From: an uncultured Gammaproteobacteria bacterium
Lineage (GTDB): Bacteria > Patescibacteriota > Microgenomatia > Levybacterales > UBA12049
Reading direction: 5' to 3'
Length of the DNA stretch: 64,000 nucleotides
Assembly: GCA_964571255.1 (NCBI GenBank)
Contig: CAZNAA010000001.1
Coordinates: 359,674 to 423,673 of the forward strand
Part shown: in pieces, positions 1 through 10,548 of the stretch
How positions within the stretch are numbered: the first letter of the stretch is position 1
Layout: the number at the start of each line of letters is the position of its first letter
Program-made: the position numbers and the translations under genes
The notes under the pieces: generated by a model
Databases searched by the model: none
Seen by the model: only the letters and a program-made list of their open reading frames with translations
Told to the model about the DNA's origin: nothing

Positions 1-1491
1 ATTCGCGAGAAAGGGAAGAATGTAGAGAAAAAACTTTCTGAGAGAGTAGGAAAAAGACAAAAATTAACTCACAACCAAATGATTGCTCTAACCGTCTGGG
101 GACAAAAATTGGAAAAACACTACTTCTTCCCACAAGATATTGAATGGGCAATTGCAGGAAGTGAGATTTATATTGTTCAAACAAGAGCAATAACAACCAC
201 TCATACCAAACAAGCTGCTAAACAAGAAGAAATTCACCTTCCGCTTCTTTTAACTGGTGCTCCGGCCTCTCCTGGAATTTCGAGTGGCCCAGTTCGAATT
301 CTTAAGAGTGCTCATGATATGGGAAAAGTAAAACCCGGAGACGTTCTTGTTGCTCCACAAACTAATCCAGATTACGTTCCAGCCATGAAAAAAGCTGCAG
401 CTATTGTAACGGAAAAAGGAGGAAGAACCTCACATGCTGCTATTGTGTCTCGCGAACTAGGAACTCCTGCTGTTGTTGGAGCCGAAAACGCTACAAGAAC
501 TCTCAAAGAAGATATGATTGTAACGGTTAATGGAACAACTGGTGAAATTTATAAGGGAGGATTTACTACTTCTCACTCTATAGACTCAGAAGTTCATCCA
601 AATATCAAAACAGCTACCAAAGTGTATGTAAATCTGGCTGAGCCTGAACTTGCCGAGAAAATTGGCAAAAGACACGTTGATGGAATAGGGCTTTTGCGAG
701 CTGAGTTTATGATGGCTGGAATTGGAACTCATCCAAAAAAACTTATTCATGACGGGAAACGTCATGTCTTTATTAATACTCTTGCCGACCAGCTTGAGCA
801 GTTCTGCAAAGCTTTTTATCCTCGTCCAGTCGTGTATCGTGCATCTGATTTTAAAACCAATGAATATCGAAATCTCATTGGAGGTAAGGCATATGAACCA
901 GTGGAGTCAAACCCTATGCTTGGATATCGAGGAGCATTTCGCTATATCCATGATCCTCAAGTATTTGAGTTAGAGCTTGAAGCCATTAAAAAAGTTCGTA
1001 ATCAAAAGAATTTAAAAAATCTGTGGATGATGGTTCCCTTTGTTCGAAATGTCTCAGAGCTTAAGGAGGTAAAGCGAATTATTACTAAATCCGGTCTTGT
1101 TCGCTCCCCTCTTTTCAAATTATGGATGATGGTTGAGATCCCTTCAAACGTTATCTTACTGGAAGAGTTTCTAAAGGTCGGGATTGATGGGATTTCTATT
1201 GGCTCAAATGATTTAACTATGCTTATTTTAGGAACTGATCGAGATAATAGTGAAGTAGCCAGAGAATTTGATGAAAGAAACCCAGCAGTTCTCTGGGCAC
1301 TGGAGCATGCAATTAAAACAGCCAGAAAACATGGCGCTACAGCTTCTATCTGTGGCCAAGCACCATCTCTTTATCCTGATCTTTTAGAAAAACTAGTTAA
1401 ATGGGGAGTAACAAGTGTCTCTGTTTCTCCTGATGTGATTGATTCGACTCGAGAGACTATTGCCAAAATAGAAAAGAACATGTTACGATAA
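1..1491 (+). CDS. ppsA: Phosphoenolpyruvate synthase, 5' truncated by window edge
   Basis: DIEWA, phospho-His motif GGRTSHAAIVSRELG, GLLRAEF, NPMLGYRG, SIGSNDLT; frame is open from base 1. Confidence 0.95.
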   Translation: MREKGKNVEKKLSERVGKRQKLTHNQMIALTVWGQKLEKHYFFPQDIEWAIAGSEIYIVQTRAITTTHTKQAAKQEEIHLPLLLTGAPASPGISSGPVRILKSAHDMGKVKPGDVLVAPQTNPDYVPAMKKAAAIVTEKGGRTSHAAIVSRELGTPAVVGAENATRTLKEDMIVTVNGTTGEIYKGGFTTSHSIDSEVHPNIKTATKVYVNLAEPELAEKIGKRHVDGIGLLRAEFMMAGIGTHPKKLIHDGKRHVFINTLADQLEQFCKAFYPRPVVYRASDFKTNEYRNLIGGKAYEPVESNPMLGYRGAFRYIHDPQVFELELEAIKKVRNQKNLKNLWMMVPFVRNVSELKEVKRIITKSGLVRSPLFKLWMMVEIPSNVILLEEFLKVGIDGISIGSNDLTMLILGTDRDNSEVAREFDERNPAVLWALEHAIKTARKHGATASICGQAPSLYPDLLEKLVKWGVTSVSVSPDVIDSTRETIAKIEKNMLR

Positions 1492-1498
1492 GCCCGTT

Positions 1499-2761
1499 AT
1501 GCCTACAATCTCCCAAATTACCGCATCAGAAATTATTAACTCCAAAGGCAACCCAACCTTAAAAGTAACAGTTATCACAAATGAAGGTATTGAAGGCATT
1601 GCTAGTTGTCCAAGTGGAACCTCAACCGGAACATATGAAGCCTATGAACTAAAAGATAATGACCCAAATCGATTTTCAGGAGGAGGGATGCTAAAAGCAA
1701 TTGCAAATATTGATACTATTATTGCTCCAGCTCTTTTGGGGATGGATATCACCCAACAAGCTCAAATTGATCAGAAAATGATTGAACTTGATGGAACAAG
1801 TAATAAGATGACTCTTGGAGCCAATGCCATTTTGTCTGTTTCTATGGCAGTGTCCCGTGCAGCAGCAGCTACTGCTCGAATTCCTTTATATCTCTACCTT
1901 CGCCAATTTATTAACAGTGAGAACACCGTTTTGAAAGTCCCTACTCCCCTTTTTAATATCATCAATGGTGGAGCCCACGCTGGAGACAATATCGATATGC
2001 AAGAATTTATCGTTACTCCAGCAAGTTTTAAGTCATACTCAGAAGGCCTCCTTATGGGAGTAACCGTATATAAAAGACTAAGTGAGCTCTTGCAAAAAAA
2101 TGGTGCTCTCACTCTAGTTGGTGACGAAGGAGGATTTGCTCCTGCTCTTCGAAGTAATGAAGAGGCACTCCAAACAGTTGCTAAGGCAATTGAGCTTTCC
2201 TCATATAGATTAGGCTATGATGTTTTTTGCGGAATTGATGCAGCAGCAAATCATTTTTTTGACGGAAAAAAATATAAACTCATGGATAAAGCAACTCCTG
2301 TAACGGGAGGAGAGTTGGCTGAGATCTATAAAGACCTTATTAAAAAATACCATATCGTCTATTTAGAAGATATGTTTGGCGAGGACGATTGGGAAAGTTG
2401 GAATATTTTATATGCGGGAGCAGATCAAGAAACCATTTTAACAGGAGATGACTTGACTGTTACAAATCCTTTAAGACTGCAACTTGCTCTGGACAAAAAC
2501 ACCATTAGGGGCATTATTATTAAACCTAACCAAATTGGAAGCGTGAGTGAATCGATTGCGGTTATCGAAATGGCAAGAGAGGCTGGAATTAAAGTCATTG
2601 TGTCTCATAGAAGTGGAGAAACAAATGATGACTTTATTGCTGATTTTGCTGTAGCCATGTCTGCTGATTACGTGAAATTTGGTGCTCCAGCACGAGGAGA
2701 ACGAGTCGCTAAATATAATCGATTACTTGAAATTGAACAACAGATACAAACGGTCCAATAA
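1499..2761 (+). CDS. eno: Enolase
   Basis: GDEGGFAP, KPNQIG, SHRSGET, RGERVAKYNRLL. Confidence 0.97.
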   Translation: MPTISQITASEIINSKGNPTLKVTVITNEGIEGIASCPSGTSTGTYEAYELKDNDPNRFSGGGMLKAIANIDTIIAPALLGMDITQQAQIDQKMIELDGTSNKMTLGANAILSVSMAVSRAAAATARIPLYLYLRQFINSENTVLKVPTPLFNIINGGAHAGDNIDMQEFIVTPASFKSYSEGLLMGVTVYKRLSELLQKNGALTLVGDEGGFAPALRSNEEALQTVAKAIELSSYRLGYDVFCGIDAAANHFFDGKKYKLMDKATPVTGGELAEIYKDLIKKYHIVYLEDMFGEDDWESWNILYAGADQETILTGDDLTVTNPLRLQLALDKNTIRGIIIKPNQIGSVSESIAVIEMAREAGIKVIVSHRSGETNDDFIADFAVAMSADYVKFGAPARGERVAKYNRLLEIEQQIQTVQ

Positions 2762-2764
2762 TTC

Positions 2765-4279
2765 ATGTCAAACCTTGCAGTTCCTCAAGTTCTTCTCATT
2801 ATTTTAGATGGATGGGGATATCGAGAAGATTCCACCTACAACGCCATTGCGGCAGCTAACCCTGTCTTTTATAACTCCCTCTGGAATACCTACCCCCATA
2901 CGCTTCTTCCTGCCAGCGGGACACAGGTTGGACTCCCTGATAAGAATATCGGAACGAGTGAAATTGGACATACCATTATTGGGTGTGGAACAATTATTGA
3001 TACCGACATGGTTCGTATTAGTAAAGCATTTGAAACAGGTGAAGTAAAAAATAACCCTGCCTTTCACACCTTAATTGAGCATTTAAAAAAGTACGAAGGA
3101 ACCCTTCACCTTTTAGGATTAGTTAGTCCAGGTGGAGTTCACAGTCATCAAGATCACCTGCATCAACTTCTTCTTATTGCAAAACAAGAAGAAATAAAAA
3201 AAGTGGTAATTCATATCTTTACAGATGGACGAGACACTCCTCCCCAAAGTGCTAAAGAATATGTATCTCATGTAGAAGAACAAATAAAACTTATTGGACT
3301 TGGAGAGATTGTAAGTATTTCTGGAAGATATTATGCAATGGATCGGGATAATAATCTGGATCGAATTAAAAAAACAGAAAAAATTCTTTTTGAAGGAGGG
3401 AATCCTCCCTATCCCAAAACCATTCAGGAAGCTATTGATCTTTCCTATAAAGCAGGAATAACTGATGAATTTATCCTCCCAACCAATATTTCCCCTGATG
3501 GAAAAACTCCAACTGTTATTAAAAGCCATGACGGAGTTCTTTTTTTCAACTTTCGTCCGGATAGGGCTAGGGAATTAAGTAAGCAAATAGCCAAAAGAGC
3601 ACCAGATGCTAATTTGTGCTTTGTCACTATGACTCAGTATGATCCCAAAATTGGCAGTGTCGTTTTTTTCCCTCCTCCGGAAATTAAAACGACCCTCTCC
3701 CAAGCACTATCCGATGCTGGAAGAACCCAAGTACATATTGCTGAAACAGAAAAATACGCTCACGTTACGTACTTTTTAAATGGTGGGATTGAAAAAGAAC
3801 ACCCTCATGAAAAATTTGTCTTGATTGAAAGTAGAAAAGATATTCCAACACACGATTTAGCACCTGAGATGAAAGCGAAAGAAATTGCAGAGAGAACACT
3901 TCAAGCAATTGATGAAGGAGTTGATTTTATTGCCATCAACTTAGCAAATGCTGATATGGTAGGACACACCGGTAAATGGGAACCAACGATTAAAGCAATT
4001 CATACCATTGATTTACAACTTGAACGAATCATTACTCCGCTTCTCAAGCGTGGAGGAATTGCCGTTATTACTGCCGATCATGGAAATGCTGAGTTAATGT
4101 TTGATGAGACAACCCATCAACCTGTTACGTCCCACACCCTTAACCCAGTTCCTCTTATCATTACTAAAGAAGGAATTTCTCTACGGGAAAATGGAACCCT
4201 TGCTGATATTGCACCAACAATATTAAAATTATTCAATGTAGAAAAACCTTTTGGAATGACAGGAGAGTCACTATTTTAG
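2765..4279 (+). CDS. gpmI: 2,3-bisphosphoglycerate-independent phosphoglycerate mutase
   Basis: ILDGWG, SEIGH, GGVHSH, GRYYAMDRD, AETEKYAHVT, DMVGHTG, TADHGNAE. Confidence 0.97.
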   Translation: MSNLAVPQVLLIILDGWGYREDSTYNAIAAANPVFYNSLWNTYPHTLLPASGTQVGLPDKNIGTSEIGHTIIGCGTIIDTDMVRISKAFETGEVKNNPAFHTLIEHLKKYEGTLHLLGLVSPGGVHSHQDHLHQLLLIAKQEEIKKVVIHIFTDGRDTPPQSAKEYVSHVEEQIKLIGLGEIVSISGRYYAMDRDNNLDRIKKTEKILFEGGNPPYPKTIQEAIDLSYKAGITDEFILPTNISPDGKTPTVIKSHDGVLFFNFRPDRARELSKQIAKRAPDANLCFVTMTQYDPKIGSVVFFPPPEIKTTLSQALSDAGRTQVHIAETEKYAHVTYFLNGGIEKEHPHEKFVLIESRKDIPTHDLAPEMKAKEIAERTLQAIDEGVDFIAINLANADMVGHTGKWEPTIKAIHTIDLQLERIITPLLKRGGIAVITADHGNAELMFDETTHQPVTSHTLNPVPLIITKEGISLRENGTLADIAPTILKLFNVEKPFGMTGESLF

Positions 4280-4537
4280 ATTTTGAAGCCACCTCTGTTT
4301 TATAAGAGAAATAGAAAGCGTTGATAAGCTATAGCCAATAACAGGAATAATAGCGTTAAGAAAAGGATTTTCATTTCCCAACATAAAAAGCACCAACGAA
4401 ATGAAAAGATACGTAGTACAAGCTATTGAAACTTTTCGTGTCCTGCTTGTCTCCCAGGCTTTCTCTTTTTCAACCTTTTGATTTCTTATTTTAATTTCCT
4501 CAATCTCTTTTTCTAACTTTTTAACTAGCTCTTCCAT
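4271..4537 (-). CDS. Small membrane protein (coiled N-terminus, 2 TM)
   Basis: Start re-placed at MEELVKK, 7 nt after TATACT; two hydrophobic segments. Confidence 0.7.
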   Translation of the reverse strand: MEELVKKLEKEIEEIKIRNQKVEKEKAWETSRTRKVSIACTTYLFISLVLFMLGNENPFLNAIIPVIGYSLSTLSISLIKQRWLQNLK

Positions 4538-4589
4538 AAAGATAGTATACAAAATACCTATTCTTTGGTAAATCACGTATAATAATAAG

Positions 4590-5516
4590 ATGGATACAGT
4601 ATTGGATGTTTCTCATTTAGTAAAACGGTACGGGACATATACAGCAGTTGATGATATTTCCTTTTCTGTACCTCGTGGAAAAATTATTGGATTTTTAGGA
4701 CCAAATGGTGCTGGAAAGACGACAACTATTCAGATGCTTATTGGAATTACTCTGGCCGATGGTGGGAAGATTTCTTATTTTGGAAAAGATTACCAAACTC
4801 ATAAAACCGCTATTTTACAACGAATGAATTTCACTTCTTCATTTAATAATCTCCAAAATAGATTAACTGCATATCAAAATCTTTTAGTCTTTGCCAATCT
4901 GTATAGTCTAGCTGATCCAAAAAAGAAAATAAAAGAACTCTCAGATTATTTCTCTCTTGATCCTTTCATGGATACACAGTATATGAATTTATCAGCAGGA
5001 CAGAAAACAAGAGTGAATATTGTAAAATCACTCCTTAATGATCCCGAACTTGTTCTGATGGATGAACCAACTGCCTCTTTAGACCCTGATGTTGCAGATA
5101 AAACGCTTTCTCTTATTGAGGAGTTAAATAAAACAAAGGGTCTCTCTATTTTGTATACAAGTCATGAGATGGATGAGGTAACTCGAATATGTGATGAAGT
5201 AATTTTTTTGAATAAAGGAAAAATTGTAGCACAGGATACTCCGCTTGGACTAACTAAGCAATTCAAATCAGTTGAACTCATTCTCACTGCTGATGCTCCT
5301 AAGAAAGAATTGACTGAGTTCTTAGAAAAAAGAAAACTTTCCTATACATTTTTAAATGCTCATTCTTTTTCTGTTCAAACAACTGAGAAAGATATTCCTC
5401 AAATTATTTATGATATGACTCATGTTGGAATCAGTCTTACTGATATCGATGTAAAAAAACCTACGCTTGAGGACTTTTTTCTTCAGCTTGCGAGAGGAGA
5501 AACCAATGAGAAATAG
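4590..5516 (+). CDS. ABC-2 type transporter ATP-binding protein
   Basis: Walker A GPNGAGKT, signature LSAGQ, Walker B LMDEPT. Confidence 0.93.
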   Translation: MDTVLDVSHLVKRYGTYTAVDDISFSVPRGKIIGFLGPNGAGKTTTIQMLIGITLADGGKISYFGKDYQTHKTAILQRMNFTSSFNNLQNRLTAYQNLLVFANLYSLADPKKKIKELSDYFSLDPFMDTQYMNLSAGQKTRVNIVKSLLNDPELVLMDEPTASLDPDVADKTLSLIEELNKTKGLSILYTSHEMDEVTRICDEVIFLNKGKIVAQDTPLGLTKQFKSVELILTADAPKKELTEFLEKRKLSYTFLNAHSFSVQTTEKDIPQIIYDMTHVGISLTDIDVKKPTLEDFFLQLARGETNEK

Positions 5517-6291
5517 ATTCTATGCCATTATTCTTCAGGAAGTATATATCCTCAAAAATTCTTTAGAGACAATTTTTGATATTTTTCTTCTTCCAACAAT
5601 TAATGTCGTCATTTTTGGATATCTATCCTTGTACTTAACTGGCTCGAATAACCAAGCTGCCATCTTTTTACTCTCTGGAATGTTATTATGGCAAATCGTT
5701 TTTATCACTCAATACTCCATTAGTATTGGATCTCTTTGGAACATTTGGTCAAGAAATATGAGTAATATTTTCATGACACCTATCTCAGTTAGAGAATATT
5801 TTACAGCTCTTATTTTCTCCTCACTTATCAAAGCCTTCCTTTTATTCACTCTTCTTTCATTAATGAGTATTCTATTCTTTTCTTATAATATTCTGACTTC
5901 TCTAACTCCTTTAGTGTTACTCATTACGTTTATTAACTTATGTATGTCAGGAATTTCTTTAGGAATACTTATGGTGGGACTCATTTTTCGCTATGGTACA
6001 AAAATTCAAGCGTTAGCATGGGGACTCATTTTTCTATTTCAACCATTCACTGCAAATCTTTTTCCCGTATCCATTCTTCCCTCTCCTATAAAAGAATTAG
6101 CCTTCCTTCTTCCTCCAACTTATATTTTTGAAAATTCTCGTCAGGTAATCTCTACGGGACAAATAAATTGGAATTTAATTGGCTATGCTAGCCTATTGAA
6201 TCTTGTTTACCTCATTATCAGTTTTGTCTCTTTTGCTTACAACTTTAAAAAAGCGAAACAAACTGGTCAATTTGCGAGAAACGAAAGTTAG
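5506..6291 (+). CDS. ABC-2 type transporter permease
   Basis: About 6 TM segments; overlaps the ATPase stop; start taken at MRNRF. Confidence 0.85.
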   Translation: MRNRFYAIILQEVYILKNSLETIFDIFLLPTINVVIFGYLSLYLTGSNNQAAIFLLSGMLLWQIVFITQYSISIGSLWNIWSRNMSNIFMTPISVREYFTALIFSSLIKAFLLFTLLSLMSILFFSYNILTSLTPLVLLITFINLCMSGISLGILMVGLIFRYGTKIQALAWGLIFLFQPFTANLFPVSILPSPIKELAFLLPPTYIFENSRQVISTGQINWNLIGYASLLNLVYLIISFVSFAYNFKKAKQTGQFARNES

Positions 6292-7010
6292 GCAAGGTGG
6301 AAAAGGAGAACGAATTCGCCTCGAGGTGGAGCTTTTTTATAGTCGTTAATATGCTGAGATACTCTCGCCTTTTTTGTTTCTTCATGTATTTTAGTTAACT
6401 CTCTAGCTAAAACCACTTCAATATCCCCAAACACTTCATACATTTCCTCAAGAGTTTTGAGCAACTTGTGAGGAGCTTCAAAAAAAATTGCAGTTACTTT
6501 TATTGAATCTGGAGTAGTTTTTAGTTGTTGGAATAATTTTTTTCGATGTCCGCTTTTTGCTGGTGGGTACCCTAAGAACATAAACTTATCCGTTGGTAAT
6601 CCGCTGGATACTAAAGCGGTAACAACTGAAGTTGGTCCTGGAATTACTTCAACAGGAATATCTTGAAGTCGTGCTTGTCTAATAAGTTTAAATCCAGGAT
6701 CTGAGATTGCAGGCATTCCAGCATCAGAAATGAGTGCAATATCTTGTCCATTAATAAGAAGAGAAAGAATCTCTGGGATTCGTCTCAGCTCATTTTGTTC
6801 AAAATAAGAGAGAAACTTTGGTTTCTTGAGAGCTCTATCTTCAGAGTAAACAAATTGCTTGTAGTGTTTTTCAAGTTCTTGCAGCAAAATTCCTGTTCGT
6901 CTTGTGTCTTCACAAGCAATCGTATCCACATGAAAAAGAGTAGTGAGTGCTCTGATAGTGATATCCTGCAAATTTCCAATTGGTGTTCCAACAATGTATA
7001 AAATTCCCAT
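6288..7010 (-). CDS. rsmI: 16S rRNA C1402 2'-O-methyltransferase
   Basis: LYIVGTPIGNL, ACEDTR, SDAGMPAISDPG, ARELTKIHEE. Confidence 0.96.
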   Translation of the reverse strand: MGILYIVGTPIGNLQDITIRALTTLFHVDTIACEDTRRTGILLQELEKHYKQFVYSEDRALKKPKFLSYFEQNELRRIPEILSLLINGQDIALISDAGMPAISDPGFKLIRQARLQDIPVEVIPGPTSVVTALVSSGLPTDKFMFLGYPPAKSGHRKKLFQQLKTTPDSIKVTAIFFEAPHKLLKTLEEMYEVFGDIEVVLARELTKIHEETKKARVSQHINDYKKAPPRGEFVLLFHLA

Positions 7011-7125
7011 GACCTATTGTATCATGTCGAGGCATGTCTTACCTTTTTACAGAGAAAAAGTCATTCTTGTCGAAAAAATGAAGAATTTCTAGGAGGAATA
7101 AGGAAATCTATTCAAAAAAAGAGAG

Positions 7126-7752
7126 TTAGAATCGTCTGACAAGTCCTACTGCTTTTCCTTGAATTTTGACCGTAGTTGGATAAATAGGATCCATCTTAGC
7201 ATTTGCGGGTCTAAGAATTACTTGTTCTCCCTCTTTATAAAACTTTTTTAAAGTTGCCAAGTTGTCATCAACAAGCGCAACTACAATATCTCCATTTCTT
7301 ACTTCAGGAACACGTTCAATAACAACGTAATCTCCGTCCATAATACCATCCTCAATCATTGATTCTCCCTTTACCTGAAGGACGTATGCTGTATGTTTTC
7401 CTGAGAGTAATGAGGCCGAAACTTGGAAAGTTGCATTCGAATCCGCATGAGCTTCTAATGGTTTTCCTGCTGCAATAAAGCCCATAAAAGGAATCTCCAC
7501 AGAGGAACTCACTCCCATCATAGGTTTTATAGCAGCATTATCTATGATTTTTAGTATTCGAGTATTGCCTTCATGTTTTTGCAAGTACCCTTTATCAACT
7601 AAGTTTCTGACAATAACATGGACAGTAGACACACTTCTATGCCCTGTCCCTTCAGCCATTTCTTTAAGAGTTGGTGAATACCCGTACACATTCTGCCAAT
7701 GTGCAATAAATTCGAGTAATTCTCTTTCTTTTCGATATAATACGCCAGCCAT
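7126..7752 (-). CDS. lexA: SOS repressor LexA
   Basis: N-terminal wHTH (SPTLKEMA), Ala-Gly site IAAGKP, catalytic Ser (GESM) and Lys (ATLKK); start taken at MAGVLY. Confidence 0.94.
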   Translation of the reverse strand: MAGVLYRKERELLEFIAHWQNVYGYSPTLKEMAEGTGHRSVSTVHVIVRNLVDKGYLQKHEGNTRILKIIDNAAIKPMMGVSSSVEIPFMGFIAAGKPLEAHADSNATFQVSASLLSGKHTAYVLQVKGESMIEDGIMDGDYVVIERVPEVRNGDIVVALVDDNLATLKKFYKEGEQVILRPANAKMDPIYPTTVKIQGKAVGLVRRF

Positions 7753-7784
7753 TTGGTTTTTATTGATCTTCCTGAGATCTATAT

Positions 7785-7809
7785 AAAATATACGAGTTTC
7801 GTATATTTT
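7785..7809. promoter_or_regulatory. Perfect palindrome over the lexA promoter; candidate LexA operator
   Basis: AAAATATACGA-GTT-TCGTATATTTT, overlapping minus-strand TTGACA(7815-7810)-N17-TATATT. Confidence 0.65.
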
Positions 7810-7912
7810 TGTCAACTAGCTACTTCTATATCAAATTATATTAAAATTCACCCAATTTTAGAATTGAAACTGGGATTATTAGAGAAAAAGGAATATATGG
7901 TAGAATAGATCG

Positions 7913-9913
7913 ATGGATTTTAAACTAAAATCAAATTTTAAACCTACTGGAGATCAACCCCAAGCAATTGAGAAACTCACAAAAAACATTCAAAAAGGAA
8001 TTGAAAACCAAGTTCTTCTGGGAGTCACGGGCTCTGGAAAAACGTTTACCATGGCTAATGTTATCCAAAATATCCAAAAACCAACTCTCGTTATTTCTCA
8101 TAATAAAACCCTTGCTGGACAACTCTACCAAGAATTTCGAGACTTTTTCCCAGAGAATGCCGTTTCCTATTTTGTTTCCTACTATGACTACTATCAACCA
8201 GAAGCGTATGTTCCCCAAACGGATACGTATATTGAAAAAGAAGCAGAGATTAATGAGGAAATTGACAGATTAAGACTTTCAGCAACGGCAAATCTTCTCA
8301 CCCGAAAAGATGTGATTGTTGTTGCCTCTGTTTCATGTATCTATAATATTGGCTCTCCTATTGAATATGGAAAATTTGTTCTTGAGCTATTTCCAGGATT
8401 CAAAATTGATATGCGAGATATCCTCGTTAGATTATCTGATTTGCAATATAGTCGAAACGATTATGAGTTTAAAAGAGGCTCATTTAGAGTTCGTGGAGGA
8501 ACGATTGATTTATTTCCTGCCTATATGGAGAACGGGATTCGAATTGAAACCTTGGACGGAAAAGTCCAATCTTTAACAGAATTTAGTCCTCTTTCTGGTC
8601 AAATTATTAACCCTTTGAAGAAAACTACTATTTATCCTGCCAAACACTACATGACAGATCCGGCAACATACAAGAATGCCTTTGAGCACATCAACTCTGA
8701 TATGGACAAACAAGTTACTCTTCTAAAAAGCCAAGGGAAACTTCTTGAAGCGCAGCGTCTCACCCAGAGAACTCATTATGATTTGGAAATGATAAAAGAA
8801 GTAGGATATGTCAATGGAATTGAGAACTATTCCATTTATTTTGAAGATAGAAAACCTGGAGAGCCTCCTTATACCCTTCTTGAATACTTTAATCATATCT
8901 CAAAAGATTGGCTTTTGGTCGTTGACGAATCCCATATCACCATTCCACAGATTAGAGGCATGTATAACGGAGACCAAGCTCGGAAAAAAACCCTTATTGA
9001 CTATGGCTTCCGTCTCCCTTCAGCTCTTGATAATAGACCACTTCGTTTTGATGAGTTTATGAGAAAAGTAAAACAAGTAACCTATGTAAGTGCAACTCCC
9101 AATGAATACGAAGTCTCTCTTTCTCAACAAAACGAAGATACAATTGTTGAGCAAATCATTCGTCCAACTGGCTTAGTAGATCCAGAAATTATTATTAGAC
9201 CTTCAGAAGGACAAATTCCTGATCTCATGAAGGAAATTGAAATTAGGACTGCTAGAAAAGAACGAGTACTCGTTACTACTCTTACTAAACGAATGTCTGA
9301 GGAATTAACAACGTATCTTGAGGAAAAAGGAATAAAAGTAGCCTACCTTCATTCAGATATTATCACTCTTGATCGCCAGGATGTTTTGGATAAGTTAAGA
9401 CGAGGAGAATTTGACGTAGTAGTAGGAATCAACTTACTCCGAGAAGGATTAGATCTTCCTGAGGTATCATTAGTAGTCATTCTTGATGCTGATAAAGAAG
9501 GTTTTTTGAGATCTCGTTCCTCTCTTATTCAAACCATGGGACGAGCAGCACGCCATGTAGACTCTCAAGTTATTTTGTATGCAGATAGAACGACAAACTC
9601 TATGCAACAAGCCATAGAGGAAGTTGAGAGACGTCGAAAAATTCAATTGGCACATAATAAAAAACATAACATTACCCCAGTCTCCATTGAGAAAGAGGTT
9701 CGAGATCGATTAGTCGAGGAAGATAAACAACAAGAAGAGTTACGAACACTAGATCGACTAGTTGAGCTTGGAACTAAAGAAGTTTTGTTACCCGATGAAA
9801 AAAATGATGTCATGAGAAAGCTGCGAAAAGAAATGAAACTGGCCGCTGAGCGATTAGATTTTGAGGGAGCAATGAGAATTAGAGATCAAATTAAAGTACT
9901 TGAGAAACGTTAA
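7913..9913 (+). CDS. uvrB: Excinuclease ABC subunit B
   Basis: PTGDQPQAI, GVTGSGKT, YFVSYYDYYQPEAY, GINLLREGLDLPEV, C-terminal UVR domain. Confidence 0.98.
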   Translation: MDFKLKSNFKPTGDQPQAIEKLTKNIQKGIENQVLLGVTGSGKTFTMANVIQNIQKPTLVISHNKTLAGQLYQEFRDFFPENAVSYFVSYYDYYQPEAYVPQTDTYIEKEAEINEEIDRLRLSATANLLTRKDVIVVASVSCIYNIGSPIEYGKFVLELFPGFKIDMRDILVRLSDLQYSRNDYEFKRGSFRVRGGTIDLFPAYMENGIRIETLDGKVQSLTEFSPLSGQIINPLKKTTIYPAKHYMTDPATYKNAFEHINSDMDKQVTLLKSQGKLLEAQRLTQRTHYDLEMIKEVGYVNGIENYSIYFEDRKPGEPPYTLLEYFNHISKDWLLVVDESHITIPQIRGMYNGDQARKKTLIDYGFRLPSALDNRPLRFDEFMRKVKQVTYVSATPNEYEVSLSQQNEDTIVEQIIRPTGLVDPEIIIRPSEGQIPDLMKEIEIRTARKERVLVTTLTKRMSEELTTYLEEKGIKVAYLHSDIITLDRQDVLDKLRRGEFDVVVGINLLREGLDLPEVSLVVILDADKEGFLRSRSSLIQTMGRAARHVDSQVILYADRTTNSMQQAIEEVERRRKIQLAHNKKHNITPVSIEKEVRDRLVEEDKQQEELRTLDRLVELGTKEVLLPDEKNDVMRKLRKEMKLAAERLDFEGAMRIRDQIKVLEKR

Positions 9914-10548
9914 CTTACTTTTTGGATACTCTTTGCAGCAGAGTAGATTCTAGGATAAAGTGCTTCAACTACCTCTGCACCCATTCGCATATATTGAGGA
10001 ATAAAACCTTTTGGAGCAGGTCGAGCTTTAAATGCAGAATATCTCCCATATACTCTGTTGGCTGCTTCCCGTATAAGAAGTCTTCCCGTTGGATCAAAAA
10101 GGAGTAGAGCTTTGGTAATTTTATAATCTTCTGCTTGATAGTAACTTACTTGTTGTCCTGAAAAAGAATGAGTAATTTGAACACATTTGAGCATATCTTT
10201 TATACCTGCTGCCATATCAATATCAGTTAAGAATAAATCGATATTCCCACCATCTAAATTATTAAGACCTCTGTCAATCAACAGATTACTGAATACTTTG
10301 TTAAAATATTCTTTTGTAAGATCAACCGGATTTGAGATCCCCTTTCCTTCTCGTAGTTCGAGTAGGTTCTGAAATAAACCCGTTCTTTGTCTATTAATAT
10401 CATTCAGTAATGATACTCTGTCCACGAGGCGATACTTACTAACAGCTCTGATATATCGTATTGATACTCTGTGTGGAAAAAAATCAACTCGTTCTTGAAA
10501 AACTTTTTTATATTCTACTTCAGCCCGCATGAGATTAGACTCTTTCAA
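9910..10548 (-). CDS. Hypothetical protein
   Basis: 212-aa ORF overlapping the pyk end; no recognised motif. Confidence 0.6.
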   Translation of the reverse strand: MKESNLMRAEVEYKKVFQERVDFFPHRVSIRYIRAVSKYRLVDRVSLLNDINRQRTGLFQNLLELREGKGISNPVDLTKEYFNKVFSNLLIDRGLNNLDGGNIDLFLTDIDMAAGIKDMLKCVQITHSFSGQQVSYYQAEDYKITKALLLFDPTGRLLIREAANRVYGRYSAFKARPAPKGFIPQYMRMGAEVVEALYPRIYSAAKSIQKVS

